Positions 11,165-21,413 are shown, numbered from the stretch's first letter. The stretch is DNA of 64,000 nt from a bacterium (GCA_021806925.1 JAKAPS010000001.1:1237-65236); one strand, 5' to 3'. Numbers and translations are program-made. The notes: a model not told the origin generated them from the letters alone.

Positions 11165-12265
11165 ATGCAAAGATTATTAATTCAATTCATATCACTTACA
11201 AGTGCATCACTGAAGATGTATTTTAGAAATAAAACAGCAGTGTTTTTCACAATGTTTTTTCCTCTAATATTTATAGGAATATTTGCTTTGATATCCAATA
11301 AACAATCAGCAAAGTTAAATATTGATGTTATTTATAATTCAAAATCACAAATTGAGAGTGAGTTTGTAAATGTACTAAAAAATTCAAACATATTTAATAT
11401 TACAGTATCAAATAATTACAACACATCATATACAAATCTTGTGAATAACAATAATGAAGATATATTACTTAATATAACTCAAAGCAATAATTCAAAAATT
11501 AACGTTCTTGCAATGTATGATCAACTAAATTCTGACTCTCCTCAAACAGGTATATCTATATTAAATAGCTTTGCAAATTCATTTAACAATACAGTATTTG
11601 AAGAAATAAATAGAACAACAATTCCTCAAACAGTAACTGTTAATACACAAAGCATACAGACAAAGAATCTTAAATACATTGATTTTATAATTCCAGGAAT
11701 TATGGGTTTCTCATTAATGCAGTTAGGGTTATTTAGTGTTGCATTTGCATTTACAACAATGAAGAAAACAGGTGCATTAAAAAGACTACATGCAACACCT
11801 GTTAATCTATATTTATTTATTATTGCTCAGTCAATATCAAGAATTATTGTAGGTTTTCTTCAAGAGCTTATTATTGTCTTGCTGGCTCTTGATTTTCTTG
11901 GATTCCATATGTATGGAAATATTTTTCTATATTTTCTTGTATTAATACTCGGTTCTATAGTTTTTATAGGAATTGGACTAGCAGTTGCTGGGTATGCTAA
12001 AGATGAAAATCAAGCAGCACCAATTGCTAACCTTATATCACTTCCTATGATGTTCTTTTCTGGAGTGTTTTTCTCTTCAAGTTTACTTCCTAGCTACATT
12101 AGAAATATAGTACAATTTTTACCTTTGACATTCCTTAACAATGCTCTTAGAGATATAGCAAATAAAGGGGCGACATTGGGTCAAATTAGAACTGATTTGC
12201 TTGGTTTACTTTGCTGGGGTGTTATTGCTATAGTTATAGCAGTAAGATTATTTAAATGGGAGTAA
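11165..12265 (+). CDS. ABC-2 type exporter permease
   Basis: N-terminal TM, extracellular loop, FIIPGIMG, FFSGVFF, LPLTF, C-terminal LFKWE. Confidence 0.92.
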   Translation: MQRLLIQFISLTSASLKMYFRNKTAVFFTMFFPLIFIGIFALISNKQSAKLNIDVIYNSKSQIESEFVNVLKNSNIFNITVSNNYNTSYTNLVNNNNEDILLNITQSNNSKINVLAMYDQLNSDSPQTGISILNSFANSFNNTVFEEINRTTIPQTVTVNTQSIQTKNLKYIDFIIPGIMGFSLMQLGLFSVAFAFTTMKKTGALKRLHATPVNLYLFIIAQSISRIIVGFLQELIIVLLALDFLGFHMYGNIFLYFLVLILGSIVFIGIGLAVAGYAKDENQAAPIANLISLPMMFFSGVFFSSSLLPSYIRNIVQFLPLTFLNNALRDIANKGATLGQIRTDLLGLLCWGVIAIVIAVRLFKWE

Positions 12266-13887
12266 GTAAAAGCAAAGTAAAATCAACATTCGTATCTGTA
12301 AGATATGTATTATATATTTCTATTATTCTTGTATCCGCTGCGTTCATTCTCTTCCTTTTATTTTTTTACCTGAATGTAAAATCATTTGAATCTCAAACCA
12401 TACAAGAAGAGTTTCAATATTCAAATAGTTTGAGTAACGAACTAATGAACTACTTGGAGTATGAGTATCAATTACTTGAAATTGACTACGCTAACACCAA
12501 TATATCACCAAGCACATTAAGTAATTTCACATATATAACTAAATCTATTAATGGAAAAACAATATCATCAAATCAAAAGATACAACTATCTAACAACCAC
12601 TCAACTAAATATTTCTTTGACCCTAATACAAATTTACTATATATAACATACATTGCAAATTCTGGATATGAAACTGGAACTATATATGTACCAGGAAACC
12701 AGAAAATTTCATCAATTCTTGCTTCAAATAATTTCTATAACTATTTAATAGATAATAGCAATATCGTATACTCAAATACTGGTGCTACAAATGTATCTAT
12801 ATCGAAATTCAACTTAAACTACAATTCTACTGATATGGAGAGAATTGGAAATATTCATAGAGAAATAATGCTATTTAATCCAATTCAAAATGGATTACCC
12901 CTTGGTATACTAACATTTTCAAAACCATTAACATTCAGTGCTTTGGATTCCGTAAATTTATATTATACATATATAATAGTTATAGTATTCATATTATTCA
13001 TATCATTGATATTGATCTTTAATAATCTTGTTGAAATACCTTTGTCATATATCTTAAATGAGTTAGAGAAATATAAAAGAGGAGAAGAAGTATTTCAGGA
13101 TAAATCAGTAAAATTATCAGGATCGTTTGAAACTCTTTACATTGACATAACTTCATTTATAGATTCAATTACATCAGAAAAAAGAAAGGGTAAATTTGAA
13201 GATAAGGTTCAACAAGACTTTATACTTTTATCTGGTCACATGCTGAGAACTCCACTTGTAAGTATTAGAGGATACATGGATATGATTGAAGCACAATCAT
13301 CAAAAGATGAGCAAACCATTAAATTTATTGTCAAATTAAGAGAGAAAATATCGAATCTTTCTCAATCAATTGAGAATATCCTAACAATATCTAATTTTGA
13401 AAATAGCATAGTAAAAGCAAAGAAAGAAGTTATAACTCTTAAAGATATTATTAATGAGGTTGAGAAAAAATATTCAGAAAAGGCAAAACAGAAGAATATA
13501 AATTTTGTAATTAATACTGATAATATTGATGACATAAATATATTTTCATCAAAAGAAAATTTATTGTTAGCAATTGGAAATGTTGTAGATAATGCATTAA
13601 AATTCACTCCGCCTGAGGGAGTTGTAAAAATATATTTCAAAGTTGATGTTGATAAAGTTACAATATCGGTATCTGATACTGGTTCAGGAATAACAGAAGA
13701 AGAGAAAGATAAGTTATTTAAAAAATTTTCAAGACTTAGTGACTCACTTGAATACAGTGCAGATGGTCTTGGGTTAGGACTATATGCTGTTAAACTAATA
13801 TCTGATGCTGAAGGTGCAACAGTAAAGTTTGACTCAATAAAGGGTAGTGGAAGCACATTTAATATAACACTACCTATATATAGGTAA
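12256..13887 (+). CDS. Membrane sensor histidine kinase
   Basis: Two TMs, H-box GHMLRTPL, N-box NVVDNALKFT, G1 DTGSGI, G2 GLGLGL. Confidence 0.92.
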   Translation: MGVSKSKVKSTFVSVRYVLYISIILVSAAFILFLLFFYLNVKSFESQTIQEEFQYSNSLSNELMNYLEYEYQLLEIDYANTNISPSTLSNFTYITKSINGKTISSNQKIQLSNNHSTKYFFDPNTNLLYITYIANSGYETGTIYVPGNQKISSILASNNFYNYLIDNSNIVYSNTGATNVSISKFNLNYNSTDMERIGNIHREIMLFNPIQNGLPLGILTFSKPLTFSALDSVNLYYTYIIVIVFILFISLILIFNNLVEIPLSYILNELEKYKRGEEVFQDKSVKLSGSFETLYIDITSFIDSITSEKRKGKFEDKVQQDFILLSGHMLRTPLVSIRGYMDMIEAQSSKDEQTIKFIVKLREKISNLSQSIENILTISNFENSIVKAKKEVITLKDIINEVEKKYSEKAKQKNINFVINTDNIDDINIFSSKENLLLAIGNVVDNALKFTPPEGVVKIYFKVDVDKVTISVSDTGSGITEEEKDKLFKKFSRLSDSLEYSADGLGLGLYAVKLISDAEGATVKFDSIKGSGSTFNITLPIYR

Positions 13888-13892
13888 ATGAA

Positions 13893-14150
13893 TTAAAGTG
13901 GCCAAACTACTTTTCCTGTTTCTTCGTCAATGATTTTTATTGCATTAACAGGGCATGCTTTTGCAGCCGATAGAACTGTATCATCACTATCAACAAATTG
14001 TGCTGTTGAATTGGATCCTTGCTTTCTACTTTCATCAATGACTTCAGAAACACCGTTACTATTTAATGCAAAAGTACCTGAAGCAATAGCTACACATGAA
14101 GCTGCTCCAATGCATGCTTGATCATCTACAATAATTTTATATTTACTCAC
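13893..14150 (-). CDS. Single-cluster ferredoxin, probably [3Fe-4S]
   Basis: CIGAASC...ACPVNAI with the second Cys replaced by Ala. GTG at 14150 is preferred over the track start because of the promoter position. Confidence 0.85.
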   Translation of the reverse strand: MSKYKIIVDDQACIGAASCVAIASGTFALNSNGVSEVIDESRKQGSNSTAQFVDSDDTVLSAAKACPVNAIKIIDEETGKVVWPL

Positions 14151-14156
14151 AATAAA

Positions 14157-14202
14157 AATATATATTGCTTTTGACATTTTGTCAAATTAAAATGTATATA
14201 CT
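14157..14202. promoter_or_regulatory. Overlapping divergent sigma70-type promoters built on the palindrome TTTGACATTTTGTCAAA
   Basis: Minus strand: TTGACA (14185-14180), 17 bp, TATATT (14162-14157), then GTG 6 nt later. Plus strand: TTGACA (14171-14176) with -10-like TATATA/TATACT at 14195-14202. Confidence 0.5.
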
Positions 14203-14213
14203 AGTTTATATTA

Positions 14214-15056
14214 ATGAATCATATATTTTCAGTTGCAACATATAACATTGAGTTAAGTAAGAGACCTGAAAAATTAGTAAATAACATAAAAACAATTGCA
14301 GATAGAGGTGCAACTGCTATTTGTTTACAAGAACTATTAAAGAGAGATAAATTCATTATCGATATGATAGTTTCAAAACTCGGCAACAATTGGGAATATG
14401 AATACTTCATAGGTGAAGAACAAGATTATTTCGCACATGGTTGTGCAATATTATGGAATAATAGTGTTTTAAATATTACAAATACATATAGAATATTACT
14501 TCCTAAAATGAATAAACTCATAGCAACAGATATGTTATTGGAGCGTATTGCAGGATTTAAAGGATTACCAATGCAGAGGAGATGTATATCCTCCACATTC
14601 TCATTTAATAACAAGGAAATACGCATAACATCATTACATCTTGATTCAATGGGTGGAAGCAAGCAAAGAATAAAGCAGTTATCATATCTGTTAGAGTATC
14701 TTAAAAATAGTATTGATGTAGATTATGAAATCATTGCTGGTGATTTTAATAGCTTTGAATTCCATGAATACAAAAGATTACAAGATATATTTTCAAAATA
14801 TGGATTTAGTGATTCTACTAAAAGTATTGACTATAGTATTGATGTTAATAACATTGATTTCAGTGATAATGGCAATAATAGCAAGATGTATAAATTGGCA
14901 GCTGATATAATAAAAAAAGCAGTAATGCTCATGAATATACATTATCGAAAAAAATTAGATTACATATGGATAAAAGGATTGTTTCCAATCAATTCAGAAA
15001 GATCAAACCTACTTGGTTCTGACCATTATCCATTAATTAGCACAATTACAACTTAG
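14214..15056 (+). CDS. Endonuclease/exonuclease/phosphatase (EEP) family protein
   Basis: ATYNI, CLQE, SLHL, AGDFN, LDYIW, SDHYP. Confidence 0.9.
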   Translation: MNHIFSVATYNIELSKRPEKLVNNIKTIADRGATAICLQELLKRDKFIIDMIVSKLGNNWEYEYFIGEEQDYFAHGCAILWNNSVLNITNTYRILLPKMNKLIATDMLLERIAGFKGLPMQRRCISSTFSFNNKEIRITSLHLDSMGGSKQRIKQLSYLLEYLKNSIDVDYEIIAGDFNSFEFHEYKRLQDIFSKYGFSDSTKSIDYSIDVNNIDFSDNGNNSKMYKLAADIIKKAVMLMNIHYRKKLDYIWIKGLFPINSERSNLLGSDHYPLISTITT

Positions 15057-15091
15057 ACATAAAACAGGGTTAGTTGTAGAAAATTAAAATA

Positions 15092-15936
15092 TCATCTCCG
15101 TCGATTATTATTTTTACTATATAAATCAACTATTAGAAGACCAATTCTTCTTCCAATATATGATGCTTCTATATGATCCGCAGTGATTGGTGTATCAGCA
15201 ATAACTTTCCTAAAAAATTTCATTATTTCTGTTCCATGTGCAAATGCAGTTTTGTATAACCGCCTATTACTACGATTCAATCCATAAAAAACAGCAGCAA
15301 ACATATGAGTCCAGAAATAGTAAGTATCACCGGGACTATCACTACAGTGATTGTTAAAAACTTCAAATTGAGCTATTTTCTTACTCCAAATAACCATATC
15401 GCTTTCAGTAACAGTTATGTTTGGATATGCTCTAGTATCAAGACCTCTTGCCATAATTCGTGTGGAAACAAATCCCAAGTGGAGTGCACCTAACAAGTCA
15501 TTATTAGTTATATCCATTAAAATTTCAAATTGTTTTGGAACCGTCACAATATCATCATAATTGCTAATCTTTTCTATGAATCTGTTAACGTCATATTCTG
15601 GAGGCAATACATCTTCAGGTATACTAGCACTATGGTAATCTGCAACTTGAATAATATATCCAAATAAGTTTATTTGGTTGTACGTTATATTTTTATTCCA
15701 GTATGGAATTTGGACACCTTCCACTAATTTTCAATCTCCCTTGAGTTTATAATATTAAAGAATGATTGAATTATTTCATTCTCTCTATTAAGTATCTCTG
15801 GTTTGCTAAAAAATTGTTCATTCCTGATCTGACTATAGATCCTCCTGTGTGTATCCACAATCTCTTTGTATGAACACAAACTAAAAAATGAATTCAATAA
15901 GAAGTTTATACTTCCCATTAAGTGTGATAATATCAC
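15092..15936 (-). pseudogene. Hypothetical gene, probably split by a 1-bp deletion (70-aa and 210-aa ORFs)
   Basis: The two ORFs overlap by one base at 15724 (TAG/GTG). Adding one A to GAAAATTAGTG reads through as IEKLVEGVQ. Confidence 0.45.
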
Positions 15937-16009
15937 TTTAATATAATAAATGTAATGCTCTTCTTATTAGCATAATATATATATTAATAGACTACAGAAA
16001 CATTAGAAA

Positions 16010-16864
16010 TTGATGAATAGAAATATTAATATTTATGATGATTTTGATCATGGTATAAATCCTACTTGGGTGCAGATTACTACTGGAGGTGGAAAAATAA
16101 GGATTCATAATTCTGTCCTGCGAATGTCTTTTAACTATGCAAATAAAGAAAGCTATACTGATGTACAACTTGATGATTATACATTACAGCTTGGATATGG
16201 ATTACCAATGCAGTCAAAATTTGTTTTTAAGTGGACACCTCCATTAAAAATGACAATACGTTCACGTTTCTCATTACATACTACAAAAGAAGGAGGAGAA
16301 GATAATATATTTCTTGGAACTGCTGGATTCGGGTTTTGGAATAATCCTTTTTCAATTAGCGGGAATGTATTAACACTCCCTGAAGTGATATGGTTCTTTT
16401 ACTCATCACCACCATCAAATATTGATTTAGTCCCTAACTTATATGGATATGGATGGAAAGCTCAAGTTATTCATTCTAATCGTTTAGAAGTACTACCATT
16501 GTCAATACATACATCAATTATTGGATTAATAGAGTTGATAATTGATAAAAAAAATATGAAATGTACAAGATATAATATTCAGAAATTATCTGGGACACAC
16601 GAATCCATACTTAATGTAGATGCCACATTATGGCATACCTACTCTTTAGAATGGAGAAAAAATAAATCTACTTTCTACGTAGACGGTGATATTGTTTTAG
16701 ATGTTAATCAAGCACCTACTCAATCCCTTGGATTTGTTGTTTGGATAGACAACCAATATGCAATATTTACACCAAAAGGACTAAAATTTGAATTTGGGAA
16801 ATTGAATACAAAAAAACAATGGATGGATATAGATTATATAAACATTGAACAAATAAATGATTAA
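16010..16864 (+). CDS. Hypothetical protein with ConA/GH16-like beta-sandwich features
   Basis: GTAGFGFWN and WHTYSLEW...FYVDG typical of ConA-like/GH16 C-terminal strands; no ExDxxE catalytic motif seen. Confidence 0.55.
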   Translation: MMNRNINIYDDFDHGINPTWVQITTGGGKIRIHNSVLRMSFNYANKESYTDVQLDDYTLQLGYGLPMQSKFVFKWTPPLKMTIRSRFSLHTTKEGGEDNIFLGTAGFGFWNNPFSISGNVLTLPEVIWFFYSSPPSNIDLVPNLYGYGWKAQVIHSNRLEVLPLSIHTSIIGLIELIIDKKNMKCTRYNIQKLSGTHESILNVDATLWHTYSLEWRKNKSTFYVDGDIVLDVNQAPTQSLGFVVWIDNQYAIFTPKGLKFEFGKLNTKKQWMDIDYINIEQIND

Positions 16865-16912
16865 TGTATTCAACTTCAGTGCCTACAACTCAAACTCAGT
16901 AACTAGTATCTT

Positions 16913-17326
16913 ATGTTTTCTGTCTTTCAAGTGATAGTGTGTCATAAACATCAGTACGATATAACTTGGTGCATTTTTGATAAGGATGATTTTTCATTAA
17001 GAAAAGCCTGTAGTTTAGTGAAAAAGAAAAACATATATGTTGATTATTCAAATAAATCATTTGAACTTTGGTATTTACTACATTTTGAATATAGATCCAA
17101 TGCAATTTCAAATGAACAATATAAAGCAAAATTATCAAAGTATCTGCGTGAGGAATATAACAAAACTTCAACTAAAATGTACGATTTATTAAAGGATAAA
17201 CAACAATACGCAATCTGTAATGCTAAGAAATTGTTTGAATACTACAATAAAAAAGATCCAGATAAGAATGATCCATCAACAATTGTATTTGAACTTGTAG
17301 AAAAATTAAATCAATATATTAAATAG
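16913..17326 (+). pseudogene. N-terminally truncated RloB-like protein
   Basis: WCIFDKDDF, SNKSFELWYLLHFE and DPST are RloB-like motifs; the N-terminal IVCEG motif is missing. Confidence 0.65.
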
Positions 17327-17336
17327 TTCAGATAAT

Positions 17337-17410
17337 TGGAGATGATGGGACTCGAACCCACAATCCCTGCAATGCGAATGCAGTGCTTTACCAAATTAAG
17401 CCACATCCCC
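17337..17410 (-). tRNA. tRNA-Ala(CGC), CCA not encoded
   Basis: GGGGATGTGGCTTAATTTGGTAAAGCACTGCATTCGCATTGCAGGGATTGTGGGTTCGAGTCCCATCATCTCCA: G3:U70 pair, anticodon arm CTGCA-TTCGCAT-TGCAG, T-loop TTCGAGT, discriminator A. Confidence 0.95.
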
Positions 17411-17460
17411 CTATTTTTTATATTATCATCAATATGATATATAATCAAAACAGATATAAA

Positions 17461-17679
17461 ATGATTGGATCATCAAATCTTAAAACAATCACAGATCTAA
17501 GGAAATTCACTCTAAATATTCTTAATACTGTTACAACAAACAGATCTCATATATACATATTATCAAGATCAAAGCCACTTGCAGTAATAATATCAATGGA
17601 GGAATACGGTAAATTATTGAAATATAAAAGAGAAGCTAAGCTATATAAAAAGAAACTCATTGCTCAAAAAGCATATTAA
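17461..17679 (+). CDS. Phd/YefM-family antitoxin-like protein (orphan)
   Basis: TITDLRK...ILNTV...IYILSRSKPLAVIISMEEY. The track start at 17383 overlaps the tRNA, so the ATG at 17461 is preferred. Confidence 0.75.
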   Translation: MIGSSNLKTITDLRKFTLNILNTVTTNRSHIYILSRSKPLAVIISMEEYGKLLKYKREAKLYKKKLIAQKAY

Positions 17680-18709
17680 CTGTTGTTCCGCCAATCTCAT
17701 TAGCTTTAATATCAAGTTTACCATTATGTTCTATTACATATTTCCTTACAATTGAAAGTCCAATACCAAAAGGAATATCAGAAGAAATTCCTATACCAGT
17801 ATCTGAAATAGAAACGCTAAGATATCTATTTTTCCTATTGCAACATTCTATGATTTCTGTTTGTATATCAATCTTTCCATTTACAGTATATTTTATAGAA
17901 TTATACAGAACATTAATAATACATTCCTCAAACTTTGTCTTATCTAATAATACATACTTATCCCCCTTATGAGAAAAACTAATTGTTATATTGTTTTGCC
18001 TGAGCAAAATTTTTGATTCATTTATTATAGATTCAACTGATGAACAAATAGAAAAACTTTCTAATTCAATTAATCCGTTTTTACCAATGTTCTTAAATAT
18101 CCTTATAGCCCGATTAACAGCATTTCTAGCATATCCAATATATTCGTTCTCTTGAGTTTGAAGTGATATTGAGTCCTTTATTATTGATAACTGTGTATTT
18201 ATATCATGTGCAAACATTTTGTACTCCATATTTTCAGCACTTAATGAAATATATTTTGAGAAGTTATAGGCAATAATAGACAAGAAGTCTATATTAATAT
18301 TTTCTTTTTCAAGAGCAATTAACAATACACATTGATTGTCTCCATAAACCTTAACAGGAATACTAACAACAGATGCAACATTAAATACTTTTTGTATAAT
18401 CTTTGCACTATTCTTCATTTGACTAACAGTGAAATCTTCACATTTTCTACTTTGGAATATCTTATTACTTAAATATGATTTGCTTATATTATTGTCATCA
18501 TTCATCATATATTTTATATCCTTCAATTTAACTGGCAAATATTCAAGCGATGATTCTACAATTTTTTTCTTACTTGCACATAGTGGTGATAAGTAATTCG
18601 AGTTGTTAATAATATTGTTTAGTACTGGACAAAACAACAAAACACCTTTAATAAATGGTATATCATCGAACAAATCAACATACATCTGGTAAATATCCTC
18701 TATGTTCAT
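17657..18709 (-). CDS. Cytoplasmic histidine kinase with GAF-like N-terminal region
   Basis: FAHDINTQL, NVLYNSIKYT, SDTGIGI, GIGLSIV, GGT; VVSIPV GAF-like strand; very short ATP lid. Confidence 0.8.
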   Translation of the reverse strand: MNIEDIYQMYVDLFDDIPFIKGVLLFCPVLNNIINNSNYLSPLCASKKKIVESSLEYLPVKLKDIKYMMNDDNNISKSYLSNKIFQSRKCEDFTVSQMKNSAKIIQKVFNVASVVSIPVKVYGDNQCVLLIALEKENINIDFLSIIAYNFSKYISLSAENMEYKMFAHDINTQLSIIKDSISLQTQENEYIGYARNAVNRAIRIFKNIGKNGLIELESFSICSSVESIINESKILLRQNNITISFSHKGDKYVLLDKTKFEECIINVLYNSIKYTVNGKIDIQTEIIECCNRKNRYLSVSISDTGIGISSDIPFGIGLSIVRKYVIEHNGKLDIKANEIGGTTVNMLFEQ

Positions 18710-18732
18710 TTTACAAGATAAGAGTAGATGTT

Positions 18733-19155
18733 TTATTTAAGAATTTCCAATATTTTTGATAATATTTGAACTGGAGTATAGTCACTTTTCTCAAGATAAT
18801 AGTCAGATTCTAAAACACCAGCATTATACTCTCCATTTTCAAAAACATTAGTAAGTACAACAGTTATTATTTTTATTGAATTAGTGTTTATATATGTAAG
18901 TAATTCGACTCCTGATGACACTGGCAATAGAAGGTCAATAATTGCTAAATCGATCTTCTGATTTTGCAATTTATTAATTGCACTTTTAACATCATGAGCA
19001 TTAAAGACATTAAATCCAGCGGACGTCAATACATTATAGTACATCCTAGATACAGGAATCTCATCTTCAAGAAGCAAGATACTTTTTAAATGATTTTTTC
19101 TAAATTCTAAAATATCCATAGCTAATACTAAATACTTTTTTAGCATGTAAATCAA
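18733..19155 (-). CDS. Single-domain response regulator (receiver)
   Basis: ILLLEDE, IIDLLLPVSSG, VVLTN, YLEK. Confidence 0.85.
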   Translation of the reverse strand: MIYMLKKYLVLAMDILEFRKNHLKSILLLEDEIPVSRMYYNVLTSAGFNVFNAHDVKSAINKLQNQKIDLAIIDLLLPVSSGVELLTYINTNSIKIITVVLTNVFENGEYNAGVLESDYYLEKSDYTPVQILSKILEILK

Positions 19156-19269
19156 TACCTTTAGATAGTATTTGATTACCCCTATTATTCCTCATATATA
19201 AACATATATGTATATATATTTCATATTTTCATACATGCTGTGCTAATATCCTAAGTGGGGAAAGGCATA

Positions 19270-19298
19270 GCAGGAGAGAAAGGGGAAATCTCTCCTGC
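19270..19298 (-). terminator. Stem-loop, probable terminator of the 19321-20382 gene
   Basis: GCAGGAGAGA-n9-TCTCTCCTGC, a perfect 10-bp inverted repeat about 20 nt downstream of the stop codon. Confidence 0.55.
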
Positions 19299-19320
19299 AA
19301 CAATCACTTAACCTATACAA

Positions 19321-20382
19321 CTAAAACAGCATCTTGAATCCAACATCACCAGCCTTTATATATGTATCTAGCACAAAATCCTTGTCAAAATCATTATTTG
19401 GCTTAGAAAATGAATATACATAGAGATTATCTATACTGGACATATACTTTTGATTTGTTATTACACTGTTATTATCTGATTTTTCTAATCCGTTAATCTC
19501 CTGGAAATCTCCTTTATACATTATATTTATATAGGCTAGGTTATATTTTCTTATTCTACCTTCTGTTGTTCCTACACTAATTCCACCAGTATCATTAATT
19601 TTAATGTTTTTTATATCATTTACTTCAATGAAATCAACATAAGGATCCAAATTCTCATCTCTTATAATCTTCTTTATATACCCATAATCGGATATTGCAC
19701 AGAATTGTTTGCCAGCAATATTAATATTGTTTTTCTCTAGTATGTTCTCGTTTAAATTATTCAAGTTGTGCTTATCAATAATTCCATTTACCTTGTCTAT
19801 ATATTTTGTAATTTCGTTATATATATACTCAGATTTCATACAGTTATAGATCTGTATCTTTCTGTTTTGGGATATGAATAGTTTTTTAGAAAAAAAATTA
19901 TTAAATTTGAATATATGTGCAGAATCTAAATATGAGAAATTGTTATTGTACTCCCCTTCCTTTATATCAAAGTATTTTTTATCCTTATTCACTAATATAT
20001 TTGATAATTCTCTAAAATATATATTAGCTCTTTCAAGTTCATTATCAAAATCTGTTCCTAAAATAATACAGCGATTGTTATGTCTTAAAGCAAAATCCAA
20101 TAGAAATATTGAGAATAAATCAATTCCAATAATTGCAATATCATATACAGTTCTTTCAATGTTCTTTCCATTTAGATTTAGTACTTTCTGTATATCGTCA
20201 AATATATTGTCGTCAGATTTTCCATAGAAATGAACTATCTTATTATCAATAGAAATATATGGATACAAGTTATTAATCTCAATTCTATCTACAATATTAA
20301 TCTCATATCTTAACAGGTACTGATCAAGGAATTTTGTGATAGCAGAAATGTCATGCTCTTTATATTTAAAGATTTTTATCAT
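19321..20382 (-). CDS. Degenerate glutaredoxin/thioredoxin reductase-like protein
   Basis: VYDIAIIG-helix-IILG resembles the FAD-binding start of TrxB but lacks GxGxxG. VITNQKYMSSIDNLYVY resembles the TrxB C-terminal motif. The N-terminus is Grx-like (YPYISID) with no CxxC. Confidence 0.45.
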   Translation of the reverse strand: MIKIFKYKEHDISAITKFLDQYLLRYEINIVDRIEINNLYPYISIDNKIVHFYGKSDDNIFDDIQKVLNLNGKNIERTVYDIAIIGIDLFSIFLLDFALRHNNRCIILGTDFDNELERANIYFRELSNILVNKDKKYFDIKEGEYNNNFSYLDSAHIFKFNNFFSKKLFISQNRKIQIYNCMKSEYIYNEITKYIDKVNGIIDKHNLNNLNENILEKNNINIAGKQFCAISDYGYIKKIIRDENLDPYVDFIEVNDIKNIKINDTGGISVGTTEGRIRKYNLAYINIMYKGDFQEINGLEKSDNNSVITNQKYMSSIDNLYVYSFSKPNNDFDKDFVLDTYIKAGDVGFKMLF

Positions 20383-20435
20383 TACCTTTTACATTCAAAT
20401 AAAATAATACTAAAATAATAGTAAATCATAAAATA

Positions 20436-21413
20436 TTGAAAAACACAAAAACACTAATTATAAAAATTATATCAGTCACTTTGTTGTTGATTTTAGTATA
20501 TTTTATATCGAACCCACATATATTTAACAATAATAATATAGTTTCAAGAAAAACAAATAATGTTACAGTAGAAGCATATACTCCATTACAAAATTTTGAT
20601 ATTCAAACATGGAATAAAGAAGCATTTCTAACAAGCACTGGGTCCTTTACAATTGAAATACCCTACGATACTACAGTTACATTAAATAATGGAATATATA
20701 CATTAAGTGCTAAAGAGTATGGAACTGTAACAATATCTTCTACTATTGCAGTTGATGGTACAAATTCATTGCCATATGACGGATATATAAACAATATATT
20801 CAGAGCAAAGACAACCTATCTTAAGAACTCTAATGAAAGTATACAGATATATACAAAGAACAGTGTTATTTCATTTAACTTTTCTTCAAATGTTGAAAAC
20901 TTCGTGAAGGAATTTCTTACCACATTTATATATACAGAAGATTCAACTACAAATCCAATAGAAACGATTCTCTTTAAACATAATTTTGAGTCCAACAATA
21001 CATATACAATATTTTACCCTAGTAACTATTTCTTAGACCAGAAATATACAACTGGATATAGCCAATCCTGCCCAAACGAATCACTTGTAAAGCTCATAAA
21101 TTCAAACATGCAGAATATAATCACAATTGACTTTAATCCATGTGCAACCACACAATATGTAGTTACAGATTCAGTTATAAAGTATAACTCCATTGATATT
21201 TTTAAAGTGAGTAATAATGAATATTGTGCAATGAGCATGTCATCTCCACAAATGTCATATATTTCTTTAATTCCAGCAAGAAATTTGAACTTTGGATTTA
21301 ACTATACAGAATTCTTTGGTATTACACCAATCAAATTATGTCTATCATCACAAAATCCGTCGCAATATATACATGACTTAGAATACATTGGAACAAACAT
21401 GGATATATACTAA
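20436..21413 (+). CDS. Exported or membrane-anchored hypothetical protein
   Basis: One N-terminal hydrophobic segment followed by an Asn/Thr/Ser-rich domain with four Cys. Confidence 0.7.
   Translation: MKNTKTLIIKIISVTLLLILVYFISNPHIFNNNNIVSRKTNNVTVEAYTPLQNFDIQTWNKEAFLTSTGSFTIEIPYDTTVTLNNGIYTLSAKEYGTVTISSTIAVDGTNSLPYDGYINNIFRAKTTYLKNSNESIQIYTKNSVISFNFSSNVENFVKEFLTTFIYTEDSTTNPIETILFKHNFESNNTYTIFYPSNYFLDQKYTTGYSQSCPNESLVKLINSNMQNIITIDFNPCATTQYVVTDSVIKYNSIDIFKVSNNEYCAMSMSSPQMSYISLIPARNLNFGFNYTEFFGITPIKLCLSSQNPSQYIHDLEYIGTNMDIY

Noticed and set aside
17383-17460. N-terminal extension of the antitoxin ORF
   Set aside because: It overlaps tRNA-Ala, and Phd/YefM similarity starts only after ATG 17461.
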